The notes beneath the pieces were generated by a model. The model searched no databases. It was given only the letters and a program-made list of their open reading frames with translations, and was not told the origin of the DNA. Below are positions 25,201 through 37,200 of a stretch of 64,000 nt of DNA, piece by piece. Source of the stretch: Magallana gigas (Eukaryota). Location of the stretch: the NCBI RefSeq assembly GCF_963853765.1, contig NC_088857.1, forward strand, positions 56,730,001 to 56,794,000. The letters are read 5' to 3'. The position numbers and the translations under genes are program-made. Within the stretch, counting starts at the first letter, position 1. Every line of letters begins with the position of its first letter.

Positions 25201-28200
25201 GGGCTTCATCACAGGACAGGCTTGATCCCTCACAGGGGTTGGAGGCTAATCAAGAACAAACAATGGAACAGATTAAACACTGGAGTGACATATTAGTTTA
25301 GTAGAAATTACGCTGGATCCCTCACAGGGGTTGGAGGCTAATCAAGTACAAACAATGGAACAAATTAAACACTAGACAAACAATGGAACAAATTAAAAGC
25401 TAGACAAACAATGGAACAAATAAAAAGCTAGACAAACAATGGAACAGGTTAAACACTAAACAAACAATGGAACAGGTTAAACACTAAACAAACAATGGAA
25501 CAGATTAAACACTAGACAAACAATGGAACAGATTAAATACTAGAGTGAGCTATAAGTTAAGTAGAAATTGAGAATTAACAAAATATGTTTGTTGAAGATT
25601 AATTACTGTAAGAGGTGGTTGGATGCAGATAATGCAGAGATTCCAAAATATCTGATTCTGAATAAGAGTTAAGAGCTATTGTAAAGGGCTGGTGTGCAGA
25701 ACCTTACATTTGACACAGGTCCTCCTGTTATCCTGCAGTAAGTAGCCTATGTTACATTTACAGTTGTAGCTACCCTCGGTGTTGACACAGTGATGATTAC
25801 AATCATCTGTCTGAAGCTCGCACTCATTCACATCTGATGAAAAAAAAATAGACTGGACTGTTAAAAAAATACAACTATTAAGAAAACCCAATATCATACA
25901 CCATGACTGATGTAAACAGAGCTTATGGCTTGTTGAAACATATATAAATATAACCACAGTTGACTGTAAATAAACATCCTAACAAATTGGACGTTTTCAT
26001 TCAGCTAAAAATAAAAATATCTAGTTTAACCTCTCACTTACCAGTATGTACATGTAACTACCATGTATTAAATATCCTGTTATACCTCTCACTGATGTAC
26101 ATGTAACTACCATGTAATAAAAATCTTGTTATATCTCTTACTTATGTACACGTAACTACCATGTAATAAAATCTTGTTATACCTCTCACTGATGTTCAGG
26201 TAACTACCATGTAATAAAAATCTTGTTATACCTCTCACTGATGTTCAGGTAACTACCATGTAATAAAAATCTTGTTATACCTCTCACTGATGTTCAGGTA
26301 ACTACCATGTAATAAAAATCTTGTTATACCTCTCACTGATGTTCAGGTAACTTCCATATGTGATAAAATATCCTGTTATACCTTTCACAGATGTTAAGGT
26401 AACTACCATGTAATAAAAATCTTGTTATACCTCTCACTAATGTTCAGGTAACTACCATGTATTAAATATCCTGTTATACCTTTCACAGATGTACAGGTAA
26501 CTACCATGTACTAATCATCCTGTTATACCTCTTACTTATGTACAGGTAACTACCAAGTAATAAAAATCCTGTTATACCTCTCACTGATGTACACGTAACT
26601 ACCATGTAATAAAAATCCTGTTATACCTCTCACTGATGTACCGGTAACTACCATGTAATAAAAATCTTGTTATACCTCTCACTGATGTTCAGGTAACTAC
26701 CAATGTGATAAATATCCTGTTATACCTTTCACAGATGTACACGTAACTACCATGTAATAAAAATCTTGTTATTCCTCTCACTTATGTACACGTAACTAGC
26801 ATGTATCAAAAAACTTGTTATACCTCTCAATGATGTACAGGTAACTACCATGTATTAAAAAACTTGTTATACCTCTCACTGATGTACAGGTAACTACCAT
26901 GTAATAAATATCCTGTTATACCTCTCACTGATGTACAGGTAACTACCATGTAATAAAAATCTTGTTATACCTCTCAATGATGTTCAGGTAACTTCCAATG
27001 TGATAAATATCCTGTTATGCCTTTCTCAGATGTACACGTAACTACCATGTAATAAAAATCTTGTTATATCTCTTACTTATGTACACGTAACTACCATGTA
27101 TTAAAAATCTTGTTATACCTCTCACTGATGTTCAGGTTACTACCATGTAGTAAATATCCTGTTATACCTCTCACAGATGTACAAATAACTACCATGTAAT
27201 AAAAATCTTGCTATACCTCTACATTGTCCAGACGCCTCCCTTTGATACCCAGGCAGGCAGTCACATCGATAACTTCCCAGGGTATCGGCACAAACCTCCA
27301 GCACTGTACAGTTGTAGAGAGATTCCTTGCACTCGTTAATATCTGAACAAACAGACAAATGTCATCCACTGGGTAAATATGATGTTAAAATTCAAGTGTT
27401 GGTCCTATGAACTTTCGTCTTAACACTCTGTTATAACTTTGATTTATATCTGTGGTCTATCACTTTGTTCAAACTAAACTTTACGTAATTGAAAAGAAGA
27501 GATAAAAAGGGTTACATTCTATATTACTGAAAACATACTGACATTTACTTCTGAAGGAAGAAATTGTATGACCTACTTTCACAGTTTCCAGTGGTCTGAT
27601 TCCTCAGGTAGCCCGCCTTACACTGACACACATAGGACCCGGGGGTGTCCACACAGTTCTCCAGACCCCCGCACGGTCCCCCACCCACACACTCGTTAAT
27701 GTTGACCTCACAGTGGGTCCCTGACCAACCGTCCTTACACTGGCAGCCAAACTTAGAATCACAGGAGATGGAATTCTGGGTACAGTCACATGACTGGTTA
27801 CAGTTCACGCCCCAATGAACAGTGTCACATTCTGCAAGATCAGAGGATAAAGATAATCATCTTCTTAAATTATTGAAAGATAAAGGCGCATGATTCACAA
27901 TAAGTACACAATAAAATCTTCTGATGATAATTAAACTCCAAACTATAGTAGGTCTTTTTACAGAAATTAAGTTGTAGAATGATCAAAAAACAAATTCTTT
28001 GACAAAAAGTAAAGTTAATCCATAAAATCCCTATGATCAATTTCCATTACCTGTGCAAGATTTCTGGTCATCCATCAGTTGGAAGCCTGTCACACAGCTA
28101 CATGTATATCCGCCTTCAGTGTTTGTACACAACTGAGGACATTTCTTGCCAGTCACCTCCAGACATTCATCAATATCTGCAGTGAATTGCAATCAGACAA

Positions 28201-31200
28201 TGAAAATATAGATTATGATTTAATAATGCAAATATCTAGAGAAAATCTTATTGCACAACCAGTGACCATCCACCATTCCCTGTTAAGTGTTCAGAAATTA
28301 AGATATTCTGTATTTTTGGTGGTTTTTCTTTAAGTTAGATACTTAATATATTCTTCTAAACAGAAATAATAACGGCAGCATATGAAATGAGTCTATGCCT
28401 TGAAATATTTTTAGAATTGGTAGGACGACAAAATAGTGCCTTTAAGTGCCTTTAAGCAGTATAGTTCCTATACTTGCGCAGTATATAATTTTATTGTGAC
28501 ATTTTGTATCAGTGGGCTTGACACATGTCAGAAAAGAGGATTTGCAATTTTAAAAGCAAGGGTTAGGGTAAAATAATTAGCACACAAAGGAAATAATTGA
28601 AATTGTTTGATGTACACCCTTTACAAAACTGGGAAATTCCCTTCTTTTACTTTCATTTTCAGAGTTTTTCAATACAGATGCATTTTGCTGGAAAATGAAT
28701 CCAACATCACATTACATAATTTTTAACATGATAGAGACAATCTGATGAGCTTTCATTTCAAGGGATCCCTCAAACATTAGGGCAGGAGCTATGAACCCTA
28801 ATTTTAACTTGACATTACCATCTATGGAAAATCAGTAAGACTGGACTATACACATATACTATATAGTATACATACCACGGCAAGTTTTCCCGTCCTCTGC
28901 TAGTGTGAAGCCATCTTTACAGTAGCAGCGGGGGGAGTTTGACTCCACAACACAGATGTGAGAGCAGCCAAAGTTGGTGCAGCCAACTGGGACAGTGTCT
29001 ATACGAGAGAAAAGGAACGACTGTAGAATGTAGACTCTAATACTAACTTTTCTACATTGCAATAAACATGTAATCATCTTTAAATAGTGGAGATTTGCAT
29101 TAATTATCTGTAATGCTGACAAATTAATTTTCAATAAAAATAGTTAAACAAATTTTCAATTAGTTTCCAAACACATAGATATGTGCTAATAGTTTCTACA
29201 CGCACCTTGCTGACAGGTTTTGTTGTCCTGGCTCAGGATATAGCCCTCTCTACAGGAACACACATATCCTCCCTCTGTGTTGTTACACAGCTGTTCACAT
29301 TCACTCGTTTGTTCTAAGCATTCGTTCACATCTGAGCAACCAAAACACAAAATTTTAAGGTTACTGATCAGAATTGGAATTATTTTATTTCAGTAAATTA
29401 AATTTTTTTGTTTTAGAATATATTTTCAGCCATTTGCTAGAACTTACAAGTCTTCTGTAATTAAAATCTAAGCTGTACCCTACTGATGAGATGATATCAA
29501 AAGTTTATTGCTCTCAGGTAGATTTTTGATTCTTTAGTTTCTGTTTGATGTTTTACTCTGTTCTTACCGAGACATTCCAGGTCCTGGTTGGGGTCGGAGC
29601 GGTACCCTGACTGACAGCTACAGCTGAAGGAGCCCTCCACATTAGTGCACTGCTGACGGACTCCACACTGGCTACCACTGACACACTCATCCACATCTGT
29701 CAAAGTGCAAGTCTATATTTACACCTATTCTACACAAAAATCATTAATCACATTCAACACATGATTTACCACCAGTACTCTCATCCACATCTGTCAAAGA
29801 ACAAATATTCGAGGTCTACACCATAATCATTAACCAAAGTCAACATTATCTGATCTTTTAAGTGAAAATTTGTCTTTAAAGATTCATAAAACCTTAACTA
29901 AAAGAGACATAAATGCAGCTCCTAATAATTTACAGTACCTCCCCACACATTTATTGGTGGAACCTCTCCACACATTTATTGGTGGAACCTCCCCACACAG
30001 ATATTGGTGGAAGCTACCCACGCACTAATTGATGATACCTACCTACACATTTTTGGCAGTACCTACCCATGCATTTATTGGCGATACCTACGTAAACCCA
30101 CACACTTATTGGTGGAACCTTTTCACACATTTATCAGTGGAACCTACCCACACACTTCTTTTCGTTGCCCTGTATGTATCCGGGGATACACTTGTCACAC
30201 TTGTAGGCTACACTTGTGTTATTATGTTCCTCAGGACTGTTATCTGAGCAAACAGAGGGGGACACACAGGGGTCGTCATGGCAACCATCTATGTCCACTG
30301 AACAACTTTCACCTTGAATAAAAAACCACAATATATTTGGTTACAAATCAGTCTTTGCTGGGTAATTATATATGATATCGGAAAATAAGTTCTTACAAAG
30401 ATGAAATTAATTTGGTTTAGGAATCGGTGGCCCCTGAGCCACGTCCTGGTAAAGGTGTAGGTTATTATTCAATATAAAGCTGGGGACTACATGCAGGTGT
30501 CAAAGCTAAAGTCCGGGCATTTCAGCAGTTTACAGATCATTGTTTTTTGAGGAAACTGAAATCAGTCTCCTGTAGAAAACATAATTTTTGTGAGACATTA
30601 TGGACATTATAAGGAGTTTTAGAATCACTGCTGAGAAATGAGATAAATTAAATTAATTCTGATTTAAAACAACAGAATACTGTAAACCAACTTTTATTTA
30701 AGTGCTAGAAATTTTTGCGAGATGCGCGAGAGCCTTGTTGTTGCGAATATTTGTTGCAGGGAACCAGTCCATGTCGTTTGACTGTTACAACAAAATGGGT
30801 CTGGATAAGGCTAAGTCACAAATATTTGTCGTCATGAACCTGAGTTGATCTCTAGAAAATTGCAAAATAAAGTTGCCACAAATAAAAGTTGGTTTAAAGT
30901 AACATTAATATTTTTTATTTCAGGGTTTTATTTTTGGTTTTTTTTGGGGGGGGGGGGGGGGTAATTTTAGTTTTAAAGCATTAGCATACCTTCCCAACCG
31001 ATGTGACAGATACAGGGTACAGACAGCTGGTTGGGCTGAGAGGTCGGTGTGGGGTGGTCAAAATCACAGTCACCGTGACCAGAACAGCCAGAGCATTTAA
31101 CGATCACTACAGTCAGGGTGTGGGAGGCTGAACCCTTCATATCCACAGCCCAGAAACTACGGAAAAATAGAATGTATAAAAAAATTAAAGTCAAGTTAAT

Positions 31201-34200
31201 TAAACAGAGTCCCATGTGTACTGCCTCGATATTACAAGAAAAACACAATATTAATACACTGTATATATACTGGTAAGCTGTATATGATAAATCAGCCACA
31301 TTAATACAGTGCTTTTCATGTTTGCTATCCAAAAACTATAGGAAACATTTAAATGTTAAATAAGAAATTAACATCCCATGAATGCAGAAAATGCGCACTT
31401 TGTTATTAATACTTCAGTTTGATGAAGTGTACCTGATTTGCTGGTGCTCCGCTGTAGGGGTATAGATGTAAGATATGTTAGCTGTTCCGGACCCTGTGGA
31501 GTTTCCGTCTGGACTAATCACTGTCACAAGGTCTCCATCCGGATCAAAAGCATCCGCTGACAAGTTCAGACTCTGTCCCAAGGTTGCATTGACCTTCAGC
31601 TGACCTTTGATCTCAGGGGGGTTGTTTTCTATAACCAATCCAATGCAAAATATTCACAAGCTTGCGCATAAATGAATGTCATTATTCAATGCATAGATCC
31701 AGAAAATTTTTCCAAGGGGGGTCTGACTGTCATTTGAGTTTGCCTGGGGGGGGGGGGGGGGGGGGGGTTCCAAGGTATATCATTGGAAATCTTAACATGA
31801 GTAATTCAAAGAAATTTGAATTTAGCAGGGGGTTGGGGGGTCTGTACCTCCCTGATGAACGCATGATATTACCCCAACCTTTCTCCCAACATTTATAAAC
31901 ATTCTAACAGAATTTGATAATTAAAAACTTTCAATTATACTAACTAATTTGCGGCAATGTAGGAAATCAAGAAAAGAACTTGTATGACTATATGACTTGT
32001 ACCTTTTCTGACAAATATAATTATTTCTTATTGTGCAATACCCCAAGTAGACCCTTTACAACCCTGGTATATACAACTCTGTACCTGCTTCTAGCTGCCT
32101 TTGGACCTCTATGTCCATCACACGTTTGCTGTTGTCTGCGATGGCCTGGTTTCCGGTGATGAGGAAGTCGAACAGACAGCCTCTCTCCCCCTTACACGTC
32201 TTATTGGCCTCAGCTAGCCGCGTAGAGTTAAAGTCCTCCAGGAACATTGGTGTAAAGCTGGTGTTCTGGTACATATTGCAGTCCTCTCCAGCTCGGTAGT
32301 AGAATATGGATTCATTACAGTCTATGCGCCCTGCAAAAACAAATATTTACATTTTTTTATTAATCAAAACACCAACTTCTTTCATGTACGTCATTTTTAT
32401 CTCAGTTTTTTTGTTCTTTAGATTTGAAGTTTAAATTGACATAAAAAATAACCAGCAAAATGTAGAATTTTTGTGAAGATGAACATATGAACATTGTAAT
32501 ATAAATGGTTCAAACGGCAGAGCGCAAGCGTAAAGCATTTCTGATAAATAAAATGAGTTCATGTACTAACAAGATTCTCCAAAGATAGAATATATGTCTC
32601 TTTCAGTGGGGGTTTCTGGTAGAACTGAGCCATTTTTCAGGGTCAGGTCATCGGTGGAGTTGCCGTTAACGTTTCCCAAAAGTCCCCCGATAGAAGTGAC
32701 ATTTGACAGAGATGTCGGAAGCAGCACGGTCAAATCCAACATCTCTACATTGAAAGATATTGTCAGGGCAATCTCTGAAATGAAAAATGTTAAATAATTA
32801 TATATATATATCAATTAAATCACATAATATACAGTGTACGAAATAAACATTCTTGTATGCATGAATTAAACATTCAAGCAAACATATAAATTATAGAAAT
32901 TTAAAATTAAAAAAAAAAAAATCACTACATTTGGTGGAGGCATTTCTTTTATTACTTAATTAATCATTTCATATGTAATATTTCTTCTAATTTAATTTAA
33001 GTTATAGACTAGAAGAAATTTTTTCATTTGTTAATATTGCATAAAACAATGTTTTTTTTAAAATGACTTATTGCAATTCACCAATGATAACGAAGTGACT
33101 GCAGTGGTAACTATGCACGCAGATTAAGGTTGGTTTTATACTATAATCTAAATGACTGGGCATGCATGTTTATCCACAAATTAATAATGAACCAAGAAAT
33201 AACTCTGACAGTAAAATTCAACCAAATCAGACCTGAAGCAAAGAGGATTTGTACTGAATGGTTGCTGAGCTGGGATTTACGAGACAGACGAAGCTGGTTG
33301 TGGATTGTACATATGTAGTTCATGTCCTGGTAGAACTCGTTGGTGACATCCAAGCCATTACAGAACACGATCATCCCTGAAAATGTACAAAACAAACTGT
33401 GTCTGCATATACATCTTACAGGATGGTCTACAGATTTCTAGGTATACTATTATTTGTCAAAAAATTGGTGTGTGTTGCCAGTCCTTTCTTTTCAACACTA
33501 GTTTAACATAAATACTTTACAAAGAGAGAGAGAATGATGTTATAATGATATAGACATTACTTTCTGATAATTCCATCAGTATGAAATCTCACCATTTTTC
33601 TGCAGATTGACTTCCACTTGAGCTGTGACATTATCTTCCTTGGCCACGAAGGCACTGAAAATAGAGGCTGGTACTTGGCTCCCAGAAATATTCTGTGCTA
33701 ATGATGTTCGTGACTGAAGCTCGAAAACTGTTCCTTCGCTTGAGATGTTTCTTATCTCCAGCATGGTGTACTCTCCAATCCCATTGTAAGTATACGAATA
33801 TCCATCAATCGTGTCAATGTGTGGATCGCCATAGCTAATGCCTAGGTTGAAAATATCAGATTTAATTCAGGAATCATTTCAACAGCTATTACAGTATTCA
33901 TAGGGATATCAGTTGAAATATTTTTCTCTTTATACAATGAAGATCAGTTGAGTTAGTTAATGTTAATTATTTCTCAGAGTCATAAAGTTGCATAAGGCCA
34001 GTGCTTAATTATCCCTGGTTTCCATGGTGCTAAACAGATGAGAGTCTGACTGACTACCCATGGATGGGATACCAGTCCATTGCAGGTTAACTCCCAGCAT
34101 AAGCCGGTACCCAATTCCAGCTGGGTAGACTGAGACATTGTAGAAATAGTGCCTTGTCTAAGTGCACAATACACAGCATCAAGTGACCACAGCAGAGTTT

Positions 34201-37200
34201 GAACCAGCAACCTTTAGACCTAATGCCTATGACCACTGAGCCATGTGCTCCACACAAGCAGTTATTGAGCAATTGGTTGAAGTATTGATAAGCATGGTCT
34301 GTAAGTCATGAGTTCAAAACCAACTGAGGTTTTTACAGTTTTTAGCCTTTAATAAGAAATATTGAAATGCATTAAATATCGTAGGTAAAAATATGAGCAA
34401 TTTCAACACTTCAAAACTGTTTCAATGATAAATGTACTCTAATCCACATTACTAGACCAATTAAAGTACCTTTATCTCATAACACCACTGTTGGTAGTGT
34501 GGGTAGATGTGTCAGTATTCAGTACATACCACTTTCTGGATATGTCAGTATTCAGTACATACCACTTTCTGGATATGTCAGGATTCAGTACATACCACTT
34601 TCTGGATATGTCAGTATTCAGTACATACCACTTTCTGGATGTGTCAGTATTCAGTACATACCACTTTCTGGATATGTCAGTATTCAGTACATACCACTTT
34701 CTGGATGTGTCAGGATTCAGTACATACCACTTTCTGGATGTGTCAGTATTCAGTACATACCACTTTCTGGATATGTCAGTATTCAGTACGTACCACTTTC
34801 TGGTGGTTTGTATGACAAGCAGTTGTCAGAGGGTCTCTGGTTGAAGAACAAGTCACAGAGTCCGGCCTTCACACAGCACCAAGTGTAGGGGGTCACATCA
34901 TGACTCAGGGAGAGGGAGGGGTACAACAGAGGGTTGTACAGGTACACATAGCCCGCACCTGACACACCCGTCAAAAGGGGCCCCTCGGGGGAACTTGTGC
35001 TGTAGCAGCATTTCTAGAAATAAAATGTCATATACATTAAATTAGCTATAGATAGATTGGTATTAATATTTGTGCCTTAAATAAATCTACTAAAACTACT
35101 GTGATTGGAATCGTTCAGTTTTCTAAAGGTATAATATTGTTTAACAACTACAATGGCTGCATGTATGTAGGAAAGCCATGGCATGCTAGTTGATGGTAAA
35201 GAGAACCTTACCCGGGTGAACAAGTAATCCCCAGGGGAATGGACTTTGAAGTAACAGCCTGGTTCCTCTGTACTGGCCATGAACCGAGGATCAGCCTGCA
35301 TCTGACGGACATTACATGGACAAGAAGCTAGAAGGCCGTGAGCCAGTGATGTCATTTCCTGCTCGCCTCGAGCTGATGTTATCCTCCAGTTGTGGCACCT
35401 CTCCACGTAATTAATGTCAGAATTGGAACAAGTGTCCAACTTATAAATCCACAGTCCTTTGGTATTCTTAGCTAATAAAAAAGGTTGATATGTTAAAGTT
35501 TCAGATGAGTTTTTAAATTGTCAATTGTAGATATTCATTTCAAAACTGAGGCAGTCTGTTATACAGCAAACATGCAACAATGCTGCTAAATTATCACCGT
35601 TTTTGCAGTACTAAACGTGACAAATATATTATTTATAAGTTAACTTGGAGGCAGCAGAATTATACCATTGTCGCCTTTGTTGATGACTTCACTGTAGATG
35701 GAAGGAGTGAGGGAGCCTGGAAGATTGAAAATACTGCGGGACGATTCTCCACATCGATACCCCATCACAGCTTTCTTCGGGGGCAAGAAATGCATGGCTT
35801 TATACAAGAACCCAGTGTAAGTCGTCAGCCCGTCACTGGCCAGCAGAAGTTGAAATGTGGCATTCTGATTATGAATGTAGATGGACATTATAGTAACAAT
35901 TGATTTTGTTATAGTAATATCAGATTGCGATGTTACCAGTTTACAATTTATAAAAACGCAAACTCCTGACACACAGTAAAATATGTTGTATTTACTTCAT
36001 CAGATCATAGGCGTCGGAACCGGGGGAGGTTTAGCTTTCTTGTTTTTTTTTTTTTTTTTAAGTCTAGCCCCCCACTTTCAATTTACTTCCGACGCCACTT
36101 TTATTGTATTTATAAATTGTTAAAGAAGAGTTATATAACATACCTGAGTCTCGTGAAGTCGAGCTGGCGACTGAACCACATTCTCCCACGTGACCACAAG
36201 CACTGTGTTCGGTTCAAATGAATCCGCTACACTGCTTTTTCTGAAGTTTCCCCTCACTAACGATTTGACCTCGGACATAATTAAGGAAACATCCGTAGAG
36301 TCAAATTTATTATACAGATGGTACCAGATTTTGGAGTCATTTTTCAGGTCTATGTCTGACCAGAATGGTGCCACTATTTTTTGTGAATTGCCCGATTTTA
36401 GCAAGGCGGGCTTTGCACTTTCAAAATTTGAATCCAGTGTTATATATCCATTGGTGTGTATCTGAAATTTACAGAAATAATAAACATTAAGGCTTATATT
36501 CCAAGAATACTTATATTGCGTTTAAGTCCCACACAATGTACTATAGACACACGCAATCGCGTTACAAACATGGCAAGTAATCAAGTAATATGGCGGATCC
36601 CAATTCATCGGCATGCTTAGGGGGATATGGTATACATGGTATATATACAGATATAGAGTTCATGGTATGTGCACGATTCCTTTCTCGATGATTTCTACCA
36701 CTGACTCTGTCGTGTACTTTACAAGTAAGAGGTAATTCTGACGTGTATGTGTACACAGTGACTTTGTTTATTAATTTGTTATAGCCACAATATGGCTATG
36801 CATAGGCATATGTGGTAATCATATGCATAAACATAGTAAATATGCATAGAGGGATGCGGATAAAACGCACGAATAAACGACACGATAAAACGACAAAATT
36901 GTCCCTCCCTCTCCCCCCCCCCCCCCCCCCCCCCTTTTTTGAATTACTGGAATTACAATGCCATTTAAAGATATTGGTAGGTCAAATCACAGCTAGGGAC
37001 ATCTTATCTGCTCTGCTTTCTATGACATACTTATCTGCACTGCTTTCTATGACATACATATATATACATGTATAAATAATACAATATGTATAAATAATAT
37101 ATATGTCATAGAGAACAGAACGGAAAAGATGCCAACGTGGTCAAATGAGAGATTAGTATATATGATATTATAGAACTAAAGTAACTATTACTGCTGTTAA

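Noticed and set aside
30004-30321. Plus-strand ORFs over the 25-bp array and EGF exon
   Set aside because: Antisense or repeat-derived, with no coding signature.
34190-34251. tRNA gene
   Set aside because: A and B boxes are present but there is no convincing cloverleaf, and the sequence continues into a SINE-like body.
34491-34888. Three overlapping plus-strand repeat ORFs
   Set aside because: Products of the 33-bp array in all frames.
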